The notes: generated from the sequence alone by a model not told the origin. A DNA stretch of 64,000 nucleotides from an uncultured Dehalococcoidaceae bacterium (GCA_964500415.1 CAZCOB010000007.1:10934-74933); one strand, 5' to 3'; shown: positions 26,464 through 34,446, counted from the stretch's first letter. A program made the numbers and translations.

Positions 26464-27513
26464 TCATTTTTTACGCTTTTTAGGAGGGTCATCTTTGCTC
26501 TCCTCGGGATTGAGGTCAATGCAAAACTCCTTGCTCTTGCCGTCACCATTCGGGAAGACGAGTTTCAGTTTTACCGGGGACTCTTTATTCTTGTCTACCT
26601 CTATTATCTCTTCTTCCTCGGTCAGTTCCGCCTCGCTGCTGGACTCGCTCCAGGAAGGGCTTACCGGATGGAGCGGCGCATCGCCACCCGTCAGGATTCC
26701 GTGCAGTAAAAGCATAGTCTGGCTCCAGACCTCGGCGTTATTGGCGACTTCCGGATGCTCTGCTGATATTTCTGAAAGGTGTATAATGAGTTCCTTCAAT
26801 TCGGGAGTCAGGTGCCCGCTGATACCATAGACCTCGAGGAAGGTAGTCAACTGTTCCTGGCCTATTTCTTTCTTGGCTCTGGCAACCCAGTTAATTAAAT
26901 TGGCCAGCATGTTAACCTTCGGTATTGCTGATTCTGCTTCAACAGCAGTAATTTTTTCATAGTCCACAGGTTGTTCCTCCTCTGCGGGTATCTCTGATTG
27001 AGGTGAGGTGATTTCACCTTGTTCATCAAGCTCATCGGATTCACCGATTTCGTCAGGTTCGCTGAATTCTTCGCCTTCAAAAGCATCTTCCGGAACAAGT
27101 TGCGAATCATCGGAAGGAAGGTCTTCTTCCTGACCGATTGAGTCATCTTCTGAGAGCATTTCGGTTTCTTCCCTGAGCGGTTTTTCCATGTCGAGCAGGT
27201 CTTCATCTTCGGGGGGTGTTTCCAAATCATCTTCGACTTGCTCCTCGGTGGTTTCCTTCGTAGTTTCCACCTCTTCCGCTCCCTGGGCAGCGGCTTCGGC
27301 AGCTTTATTACCCAGGGCATTAGCGATGCTGCCGTCGATGGTTACTTTCTGGTTGCCGTCACTACCGAGAGCCGCCAGAATAGTGGAAAATTCCGATGAA
27401 GGCAATTCCATGTTAAGCAGGTAGTCCCGGACGCTGGCCAGTGACTGCTTTATTTCCCCCTTCAACAGCTTAATATCATCTTGGAGAGTTTCAACTTTTT
27501 TTTCTTCTGCCAT
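26464..27513 (-). CDS. Acidic protein with ArlD/ArlE-like C-terminal block (candidate archaellum switch/cytoplasmic ring component)
   Basis: 349 aa with an N-terminal coiled coil and a long D/E-rich linker. The block NLINWVARAKKEIGQEQLTTFLEVYGISGHLTPELKELI resembles, from memory, the W..fL....G.....L.yY..iGWIs..v signature of archaeal FlaD/E. Confidence 0.5.
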   Translation of the reverse strand: MAEEKKVETLQDDIKLLKGEIKQSLASVRDYLLNMELPSSEFSTILAALGSDGNQKVTIDGSIANALGNKAAEAAAQGAEEVETTKETTEEQVEDDLETPPEDEDLLDMEKPLREETEMLSEDDSIGQEEDLPSDDSQLVPEDAFEGEEFSEPDEIGESDELDEQGEITSPQSEIPAEEEQPVDYEKITAVEAESAIPKVNMLANLINWVARAKKEIGQEQLTTFLEVYGISGHLTPELKELIIHLSEISAEHPEVANNAEVWSQTMLLLHGILTGGDAPLHPVSPSWSESSSEAELTEEEEIIEVDKNKESPVKLKLVFPNGDGKSKEFCIDLNPEESKDDPPKKRKK

Positions 27514-27519
27514 GATGTT

Positions 27520-27711
27520 TTATCCCCTTTCCGCTTCAAGTTCTTCACGGAGCCTTTCCCTGGCCAGGTCGTTAGGGATGGGTGTCTGAGCTTCCATGAT
27601 GTAAGTACGGATATCAAGCAATATCTCTTTCAATTCGTCGCTTATTTCCTGTAATTCAGCCTCGACTGTTTTAGCTTCATTTTCTTTCTCTGTATTGGTC
27701 TTTGTCTCCAT
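27520..27711 (-). CDS. Small acidic coiled-coil protein (possible ArlC-like)
   Basis: 63 aa, tightly packed between arlJ (10-nt gap) and the ArlD/E-like gene (6-nt gap). LKEILLDIRTYIMEAQTP parallels IKQSLASVRDYLLNMELP at the N-terminus of the next protein. Confidence 0.45.
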   Translation of the reverse strand: METKTNTEKENEAKTVEAELQEISDELKEILLDIRTYIMEAQTPIPNDLARERLREELEAERG

Positions 27712-27721
27712 ATTAACCTCC

Positions 27722-29230
27722 TTATATTTGGGAAACAGATGTAAATAAAGAATTGGCTAAAGCCGGCAGGATGACCAGGGCCAGGCCGGAAATAGTTGCG
27801 GTAATTGCAAAATTACTTAATACTTTATATTTGCTGCCACCGTCCGCCAGAGTGGGCACGATAGCATTGGCTACCGTAAATATAAGGACCAGCGGCAATA
27901 CCATCTGGTGCATCAGCTCAAGCCCGGAGAGATTGAAGCTGCTAAGAGAGCTGAAGGAAGGTGCTCCAGACGTCGTGGGCATCGTCTCCTGGGCTTTGCT
28001 TACCATGCCGCCAAAAGACGTGATAACCTCCGTAATGAATACCAGTATAATAACGACGCAAGTGTGCATGGTGACGCAGAGCCAGCGGAATGGACCGGTT
28101 ATCGTCCTTCGCTTTGCCCTGAGCAATGCAATCCTGTTGGCGAAGGAAGCGGCATGCTGGCCGGCCTGGCCTGCCGAGCCGCCCACTTCAATGGCATCGT
28201 AGAACATGCTTACGCTGCGGTGAGTCAGTTCGCTTCCAGTCTCGTCGATGAATACCTTCCAGGATAGCTTAGGCTTGATACCGGCGGTGAGTCTCGTGTG
28301 CAGATTTTTTACCGAGCTCCTCAGCACGTTGATGGCATCAAGGTCGAGCCGGCTCAGTGCGGCATTCACCGTCGTACCCAGGGCGGTACAGACACCGCCC
28401 AGTGAACGCAGGAAAGTCCCTACTTCATCATCCCTCTTGGTTACTTTATGGTCGTCGCGCATCATGATAAAGCCTATGGGAAAGACCAGCCCCGCGACTA
28501 CTAAAAGCGCTAAACCCAGGTTCTGCCCGGTTAATAAAAAGAGGGCGCCGATGCCGACGGCAATCGGCAGAAAGAATTTTACAAGCTTGCTGGCCAGCTT
28601 TTGTTCCTTGGAACCTGACCAGCGCAAGACCATCTTCTCTTTGGGCGAGATCAGCCAGATAAGCCAGACACCGACGGTGGTAGTACCAATAGCGATGAAT
28701 GCCATAGCTATAATCAGCGAAGTTTCGATTTTCCATATCATGGTGGATACTATCCCGATGACTATTACCAGTACCGCCGAAAGGATGAGGGAGATATAGG
28801 CATCTGTCCACATTTTCAGGCCTTCCAGGCTTCTCGTATATTCGTTTTCGTAATCCTCGGCGCGGGCATGGGCTTCTCTCATAAGAAAATCGGCCTCGGG
28901 TTCGCCGGAGATGAGCGAACTGGAGAAGCGGAGAAGTAGACCTTTCACGTCCTCTTCTTTAAGTGGTTCTCCTACCGCACGGCAGGCCCGGGCATAATCG
29001 TATTTCAAACGTTTGCGGGCTAACTCGACTCTTTTAAAATATTCCGCAGAGGAACACTGAAGCTCGGCGGAGCGTTCGAAAATCTGGTCGCGCGGCACGC
29101 CGGCGGCGGCGATGGCGGACATGTATGATAGCTGGTAAAACATGTCAAAACTCATCAGGCGGTTGGTCTTGTTCTTGCTCTTACCCTTTTCGCCTTTTCT
29201 AAATATCAGTTGTTTTAACTTTTCCAGCAT
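27722..29230 (-). CDS. arlJ: ArlJ (FlaJ), polytopic membrane platform protein (T2SS-F-like)
   Basis: 502 aa. A soluble N-terminal region is followed by at least 7 hydrophobic helices (e.g. YISLILSAVLVIVIGIVSTMIW, LALLVVAGLVFPIGFIMM, FAITATISGLALVILPALA). Located within the archaellum cluster. Confidence 0.8.
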   Translation of the reverse strand: MLEKLKQLIFRKGEKGKSKNKTNRLMSFDMFYQLSYMSAIAAAGVPRDQIFERSAELQCSSAEYFKRVELARKRLKYDYARACRAVGEPLKEEDVKGLLLRFSSSLISGEPEADFLMREAHARAEDYENEYTRSLEGLKMWTDAYISLILSAVLVIVIGIVSTMIWKIETSLIIAMAFIAIGTTTVGVWLIWLISPKEKMVLRWSGSKEQKLASKLVKFFLPIAVGIGALFLLTGQNLGLALLVVAGLVFPIGFIMMRDDHKVTKRDDEVGTFLRSLGGVCTALGTTVNAALSRLDLDAINVLRSSVKNLHTRLTAGIKPKLSWKVFIDETGSELTHRSVSMFYDAIEVGGSAGQAGQHAASFANRIALLRAKRRTITGPFRWLCVTMHTCVVIILVFITEVITSFGGMVSKAQETMPTTSGAPSFSSLSSFNLSGLELMHQMVLPLVLIFTVANAIVPTLADGGSKYKVLSNFAITATISGLALVILPALANSLFTSVSQI

Positions 29231-29269
29231 TCTGGTTGTGTTTCCCTTCCTTTACTCATTATGGTCGAT

Positions 29270-30355
29270 TTAAGACCACTCGATTCCCTGTATTCTGGTC
29301 TGGCTGGTCTCTGGCAGGGAACCATCGTCCACTCTAAGCCTGATATAGCTGCTTCCACTCGGCCCGGGAAAGTCGGAGACGCCGTAATAAGCAATCTCCA
29401 GATAGTCGGTATTATCAACCACGGTATATCCCGGGAAACTGTAACTTGCCGAAATGTTTATCCAGAAATTGCGGGTATAAAAGCTAGCCGCAGCGACTTC
29501 GGTGTCGATGACCTCGCGGATAGTCCCGTCGGCTCTCCTGATAATAACGTCGATATTAAGCGAGGCATTCCACCAGGTTCCTGACACCCAGCCGTAAGCC
29601 CGGCCGCGATAGCGCACCGTCCAGGTGGATGCCGAAATTTCATTGACATTGGATAGGGGGAATAAGTGCCTGGCATACCTGGAATCATCATTGTCATCAT
29701 GGAGAAGCCATCGGCCTGTTACCCTGTTGCCGATACGGTCGGTTGTTTCCGTTACCGCAGAGCCGTCAGCCGGAGTCCATCCCTTGAGCATGAAGTAATC
29801 GATTCCAACAAGAGTGACAGTTTCCGTATGAGCCGTGAGTGTGGGCGGACCGCAGACGAGGGTAGGGGCGATACCGTTGGGAGTAACAATAGTCATTTTA
29901 ATCGCCCGGTAGCCGGCTATCGGTTCCAGAATTGCCCCCAAATCCAGTTGTTCTTCCGGGTTAAGTATATCCGGCTCGAAGGCTTCCGGTCCTCCGTTGA
30001 GAGAGATGCCCGTCTTGTACCACTGGTTTTCGGCCGGCGAGCCTTCCACGTAGGGCAGCCAGTTCACGTTGAAACTGTCGCTATCATCGTAGTACTCCAC
30101 GATGAAGTCCCATCTATCGAAACTCGCCAGTTTAACCTGACCGTTATTCTCAAATGTTGCCAGTAGCGTATCGTACGAAGGCAGGCTGGCATCGACCCCG
30201 ACCAAATCGGTTCTCATTATCTCTCCCTCTCTCAAGGCAATCCCCTCGACGCTGAGGGCGGTAGAGTCCGCCGAGGTGAGAATCCCCTGGGACAATGACA
30301 TGCCTCCTACTACTATCATCGCTATACAAATAATCGAGACGACGGCAGTCGCCAT
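29270..30355 (-). CDS. ArlF/ArlG-family protein with ~190-aa extra C-terminal domain
   Basis: 361 aa. aa 1-~170 are paralogous to the 174-aa neighbour (MATAVVSIICIAMIVVGGMSLSQG, RTDLVGVDASL, FDRWDFIVEYYD, VNWLPY, FEPDILNPEEQ). The remainder is a W/Y/T-rich, beta-looking domain with no recognisable match. Confidence 0.65.
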   Translation of the reverse strand: MATAVVSIICIAMIVVGGMSLSQGILTSADSTALSVEGIALREGEIMRTDLVGVDASLPSYDTLLATFENNGQVKLASFDRWDFIVEYYDDSDSFNVNWLPYVEGSPAENQWYKTGISLNGGPEAFEPDILNPEEQLDLGAILEPIAGYRAIKMTIVTPNGIAPTLVCGPPTLTAHTETVTLVGIDYFMLKGWTPADGSAVTETTDRIGNRVTGRWLLHDDNDDSRYARHLFPLSNVNEISASTWTVRYRGRAYGWVSGTWWNASLNIDVIIRRADGTIREVIDTEVAAASFYTRNFWINISASYSFPGYTVVDNTDYLEIAYYGVSDFPGPSGSSYIRLRVDDGSLPETSQTRIQGIEWS

Positions 30356-30416
30356 ATCATTCGCTCCTTAATAACTCTGGCGTTAGTATTAATTTATTCC
30401 TCCTGTTATCAAATCA

Positions 30417-30941
30417 TCAGGGCGAGAAATAGGTCGAAGCGGTAACCCCGCTGGGCGTAGAGATAATCACCATATTGGTGGTGCCGTATCCTACCGACGG
30501 ATAAAGCCAGGTTCTTATCATCATCTGCTCACCGGGATTTAATACGTTCGGTTCAAATATCTCTGGCTCTCCGTCCACCTGTATCCAGACCACTTCCCAC
30601 TCGTATGTCCCCGCTGTATCTTCATTGTAGGGTAGCCAGACTACATGATATTCGCTGCCCGTATCGTAATACTGGACGATGACATCCCATTTATCGAAAT
30701 CAGCCAGCTTAGTCTGGCCGGTGTTTTCCAGTACTATCTCCAGGGGGTCGGGGCCGGATGGAGTCGAAAGGCTGGTACTGATGGGCGTCAGTTCCGTCCT
30801 CATTATCGTTTCATCTCTCTGGCCTACCTCTTCGAGTCCCACCGTGCTGGCGTCAACCGACGTCATGAATCCCTGGGACATTGTCATACCGCCAAACACT
30901 ATCAAGGCTATACATATTATTGAGACAATAGCCGTCTCCAT
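30417..30941 (-). CDS. ArlF/ArlG-family archaellum stator-like protein
   Basis: 174 aa. N-terminal TM METAIVSIICIALIVFGGMTMSQG followed by a beta-rich domain (FDKWDVIVQYYD, VVWLPY, FEPNVLNPGEQ). Position after the archaellins matches arlF/arlG. Confidence 0.7.
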   Translation of the reverse strand: METAIVSIICIALIVFGGMTMSQGFMTSVDASTVGLEEVGQRDETIMRTELTPISTSLSTPSGPDPLEIVLENTGQTKLADFDKWDVIVQYYDTGSEYHVVWLPYNEDTAGTYEWEVVWIQVDGEPEIFEPNVLNPGEQMMIRTWLYPSVGYGTTNMVIISTPSGVTASTYFSP

Positions 30942-30953
30942 AATTTTTCTCCG

Positions 30954-31430
30954 TTACATACTGAAGTAAAATTCATCAGATATACCGTTAGGAATAATGA
31001 ACTTAGAATAATAAGTCCCCGTGCCGGGGTCACTGGTATAACTTATGGTAATTTTTAAAGTGGCACTGGTCTGCCACTCGCTATCATTCTCTATATCAAA
31101 ATCCCATTGTGGATAAGCCCCCTCGGCATCCTCGTAGTAGGGGACATGGGTAAAGTTGTCCGATTGCCCGAAGAACAGGTCGCTCTCTTCAACGCTGACG
31201 ATGCGCTGGGTGCCCACGTTTTTTACCCAGAGGTAAACGTACAGGCGGTCGACGGAATTTGCCGCATGAACAATATTTATCCGACTCTTCATCCGTTCGT
31301 CAACCTGTTCGGCCATGCTGACCATGGCTTGGCTGGAACGGTTTATCATCGGATAAACACTATTAAAGACAAATATCATACACACAACTCCCGCTATTAT
31401 AAGTAGAGCTGTAGTAATGGCCTTGTCCAC
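30954..31430 (-). CDS. ArlF/ArlG-family archaellum stator-like protein
   Basis: 158 aa. GTG start with a GGAGG RBS 7 nt upstream. N-terminal TM AITTALLIIAGVVCMIFVF followed by LYVYLWVKNVGTQRI..., typical of FlaG/FlaF-type proteins. Confidence 0.65.
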   Translation of the reverse strand: MDKAITTALLIIAGVVCMIFVFNSVYPMINRSSQAMVSMAEQVDERMKSRINIVHAANSVDRLYVYLWVKNVGTQRIVSVEESDLFFGQSDNFTHVPYYEDAEGAYPQWDFDIENDSEWQTSATLKITISYTSDPGTGTYYSKFIIPNGISDEFYFSM

Positions 31431-31529
31431 AAAAGACCTCCATTTTTTCTTCGGAGCGGGTGTTTGCGACCGTCCACATCTCCCACAGCTTTCAGAAGCG
31501 GGTGGCGCCTACTCAACATCACAGGTTTG

Positions 31530-31560
31530 GGGTGGGGGTCCGGCCGGAGAACCCCCACCC
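31530..31560 (-). promoter_or_regulatory. GC-rich stem-loop between archaellin and accessory genes (attenuator / mRNA-stability element candidate)
   Basis: Perfect 10-bp stem GGGTGGGGGT (31530..31539) / ACCCCCACCC (31551..31560), 29 nt after the arlB stop in a 158-nt gap. No U-tract follows it. Confidence 0.45.
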
Positions 31561-31588
31561 GATTTAAGGCTTTAACTAACTGAATCGG

Positions 31589-32218
31589 CTAGCGCAGGTT
31601 CATGATAGTATCAATATACGGGGGTGTGGTGCGTTCAAGCGTAAGAACTGCACCCACAGGCGTCATGACTACGATACTGAAGGTAGTGTTAATGTTCAGG
31701 TCCGGGTTGAGAGCGTCACCAAGATGACCGGGCGTAGTTGCCGCACCTCCGATGGTTACCTGGAACTTTTCGTCGGCTTCCAGAAGGTCATCACCATCTT
31801 CTTTCCCCAGCTTGGCAACGGACCAGTAGAGGTTGTCCACTGTCTGCCCTTTATCAATGTAGTTGATGATTACCTTATTGGCGGTACCGGTGGCGGTTCC
31901 ATTCGAACCGTTCGTTGGCGGAGTGAAATCAACCGCTTCACCACCGAGTACGTTGGCTACGGTAAAGGTTAACTGGTGGATTCTACCGTTTGAACCTGAA
32001 GTGTTGGCAGTAGCAATCATCGAACCCCTGAGCTCCATAGTGCTCTGTGCTTCCTTCAGTCCGGAATATACGGCCTCCTGGCTCTTCTGTGTGGTGAAAA
32101 GCCCAGCCGATAATGCCGTATAGGCGAAGACCGCGGCTACCACGACGAAAGCAATCAGGATGATAGCGGTCTCCAGACCGGTAATACCTTTCTCGCGTCT
32201 TAGAAATTTTTTAAGCAT
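31589..32218 (-). CDS. arlB: Archaellin (ArlB/FlaB family)
   Basis: 209 aa. Class III signal peptide plus hydrophobic N-terminus MLKKFLRREKG/ITGLETAIILIAFVVVAAVFAYTALSAGLFTTQKSQE. C-terminus ...LERTTPPYIDTIMNLR. Confidence 0.9.
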   Translation of the reverse strand: MLKKFLRREKGITGLETAIILIAFVVVAAVFAYTALSAGLFTTQKSQEAVYSGLKEAQSTMELRGSMIATANTSGSNGRIHQLTFTVANVLGGEAVDFTPPTNGSNGTATGTANKVIINYIDKGQTVDNLYWSVAKLGKEDGDDLLEADEKFQVTIGGAATTPGHLGDALNPDLNINTTFSIVVMTPVGAVLTLERTTPPYIDTIMNLR

Positions 32219-32253
32219 TTTTCCTCCTTTTAGCTTGTCTGGTAAGTATCACT

Positions 32254-32907
32254 CTAGCGTAGGTTCATGATGGTATCGACGTAGGCAGGCGTGGTGCGCT
32301 CAATATTCAGCACGGCACCATGAGGGGTAACTACTTCCAGGGTAAAGGTAGTATTGGGCCCCAGCTCATTACCGGAAAGGGCATCGAGAAGGTTGCCGCC
32401 ACCCGTACCGTTATCAGTGTTGCCGATGGATATCTGGAATTTCTCGTTGGTCTCCAGCAGGTCGTCGCCATCGGTGCTGCCAAGCTCCGATTTAGTCCAG
32501 TAAAGATTGTCGGCAGTCTGGTTCTTATCGATGTAGTTGATAACTACCTTGTTGGTGGCGCTGGTTCCGGTTAGAGCCAATCCGTCGTCACTGCCAGATA
32601 CAGTCGGTATAGTGAAATCGATCTCTTCACCACCGAGCACGTTGGCAACGACGAATGTTATCTGCGCTACGGTGCCGGAAGCACCGGTGTCCCCGGCTGT
32701 AGCAATAATGGGACCCCTGAGTTCAAGAGTGCTCCTGGCTTCTTCTAGCGCGGAATAGACTGCTTCCTGGGCCTTCTGTGTGGAGAACAGGCCGGCTGAA
32801 AGTGCCGTGTAGGCGAAGACCGCGGCTACCACCACGAACGCAATCAGGATGATGGCGGTCTCCAGGCCGGTGATACCTTTCTCATGATTCATGAATTTCT
32901 TTAACAT
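32254..32907 (-). CDS. arlB: Archaellin (ArlB/FlaB family)
   Basis: 217 aa. N-terminus MLKKFMNHEKG/ITGLETAIILIAFVVVAAVFAYTALSAGLFSTQKAQE. Close paralog of 31589..32218. Confidence 0.9.
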   Translation of the reverse strand: MLKKFMNHEKGITGLETAIILIAFVVVAAVFAYTALSAGLFSTQKAQEAVYSALEEARSTLELRGPIIATAGDTGASGTVAQITFVVANVLGGEEIDFTIPTVSGSDDGLALTGTSATNKVVINYIDKNQTADNLYWTKSELGSTDGDDLLETNEKFQISIGNTDNGTGGGNLLDALSGNELGPNTTFTLEVVTPHGAVLNIERTTPAYVDTIMNLR

Positions 32908-33105
32908 TTTTCCTCCTTAGTTGATGGGATTCTTCGAGTAAAGTATTTTGTTCCGTTGATTTTCCTGAGCACCTATGCTTCTTTGAACATCACCCCCTTC
33001 CATTTAATTACTTTTTTTATCCTCAGTTGTTACACCTTATTTTCACATTCTTTTCACACTCCTTTACGCTGATTAACCGGCTCATCATGAAGGCTTGTTC
33101 CGGTG

Positions 33106-33444
33106 TTAACCGGGTAACACCGCCTTCTCAAGATTGGAGTAAACCAGTTCGTAAATATTATGGTCAGGCGGGCGGATGCTATCGGAGGTGCCGCCTGGCT
33201 TTGAAAATTCTGCTGCATCTGGCAGTAGCGGTACTTCAAGATCGTATTTTTCCGGCTGGCTGGAGAATATATCGTTAACAGCGGGAATCTGCGACAGGAC
33301 TACCACCAATACCGTACCTGCTATAAAGGCACAAGCCATCCTCAAGCGGGTGGTAATATCTTTACTCTCTTTTACCCATTTGGTTATATTTCTAATAACT
33401 TCCCGCATCTTTATATATCTGCTGACGTATAATTCTGATTCCAT
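33106..33444 (-). CDS. Hypothetical single-pass membrane protein inserted between archaellin genes
   Basis: 112 aa. The start lies 3 nt after the upstream archaellin stop, suggesting translational coupling. One TM helix, ACAFIAGTVLVVVLSQIPAV. No family recognised. Confidence 0.45.
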   Translation of the reverse strand: MESELYVSRYIKMREVIRNITKWVKESKDITTRLRMACAFIAGTVLVVVLSQIPAVNDIFSSQPEKYDLEVPLLPDAAEFSKPGGTSDSIRPPDHNIYELVYSNLEKAVLPG

Positions 33445-33447
33445 TGA

Positions 33448-34047
33448 TTAATAAAGGTTGACAATCTGGTCGACCCTGGCGGGGATAGTTCGCTCGAGAA
33501 CGAGTACGGCACCCACGGGCGGTTTCACTTCCAGTTGAAACTTATGATACGGACCCGGTTTCTGTTCGTCACTGACATTTTCGCTGACACAGGTCAGGTC
33601 GACCGTAATCATGAATAACTCGTTCCTATCAAGCAGGTTATCGGTGGTGTCCGTGTTCAGCTTATCCATCGTCCAGTTAACCGATGGGATTATCTGGTAG
33701 GCGTCGCTATAGGTGATAACAACCTTGTTGGAAGAATTAGCCGAGGAAGTATCGGTGAAGTCTATCATATCGCCTCCAGTGGTGGTGGCCAGGGTGAAAC
33801 ATACTTCCGTCAGTATGCTGTCCGTCATTCTCCCGTACATATTGCCTTTTACCTCTATGGTACTTTTGGCTTCATCCAGGCCGGAGTGGATGGCCTCCTT
33901 GGCTTTCTGGGTGGAAAACAGGCCGGCCGAAAGAGCGACGTAGGCAAACACCGATGCTACGATGACGAAAGCGATGAGAATAATGGCTGTTTCTATCCCG
34001 GTGATGCCTCGCTGGTCCCTGAATACACGTTTTACAAATCTATACAT
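33448..34047 (-). CDS. arlB: Archaellin (ArlB/FlaB family), divergent copy
   Basis: 199 aa with a GGGGAGGAAG RBS. N-terminus MYRFVKRVFRDQRG/ITGIETAIILIAFVIVASVFAYVALSAGLFSTQKAKE. The variable domain differs from the other two copies. Confidence 0.9.
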   Translation of the reverse strand: MYRFVKRVFRDQRGITGIETAIILIAFVIVASVFAYVALSAGLFSTQKAKEAIHSGLDEAKSTIEVKGNMYGRMTDSILTEVCFTLATTTGGDMIDFTDTSSANSSNKVVITYSDAYQIIPSVNWTMDKLNTDTTDNLLDRNELFMITVDLTCVSENVSDEQKPGPYHKFQLEVKPPVGAVLVLERTIPARVDQIVNLY

Positions 34048-34121
34048 GAAGACTTCCTCCCCTGCGATGGCATGGATATATCCAATCTACCTCTGATGGC
34101 GTACAGTGACTAGGAGACCAT

Positions 34122-34135
34122 CACCAATCTTGGTG
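34122..34135. promoter_or_regulatory. Palindrome CACCAATCTTGGTG in the divergent control region
   Basis: Perfect 6-bp arms CACCAA/TTGGTG with a 2-nt spacer, about 75-90 nt upstream of the first archaellin start. Confidence 0.3.
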
Positions 34136-34274
34136 CATCATTTTCCTGATAATCATTTGGGGGCGTTCTCCGATGTGAATGTAAGGTAATCCCTATAACG
34201 AATTGGGGGGTAGCATCTATTGCAAATAAGGGGTTGAGATGCCAGAATTCAGAGACAGATGACTATCGGGGTTA

Positions 34275-34284
34275 GCCAATTGGC
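34275..34284. promoter_or_regulatory. Palindrome GCCAATTGGC in the divergent control region
   Basis: Perfect 10-bp palindrome that shares the CCAA/TTGG half-site with 34122..34135. Lies between the archaellin and LuxR-type regulator genes. Confidence 0.3.
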
Positions 34285-34446
34285 AAAAACATAATGAAAA
34301 ATTAATGATATTTTAATGGGATATTTATGAATTTTTATTAATCTCTTTATATATGTGGCTTACAATCATAATTAGTTGTCCATTGGAGAATATGGTGAGC
34401 CGGGGGAGCCTGAAGCTCAAAGAGCTATAAAGAGAAAGGTAAAAGT

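Noticed and set aside
33027-33451. Plus-strand ORFs 33027..33278 and 33176..33451 opposite the 112-aa membrane-protein gene.
   Set aside because: They run against the direction of the whole operon and lack RBSs. The minus-strand ORF is start/stop-coupled to the upstream archaellin, but it remains only moderately supported.
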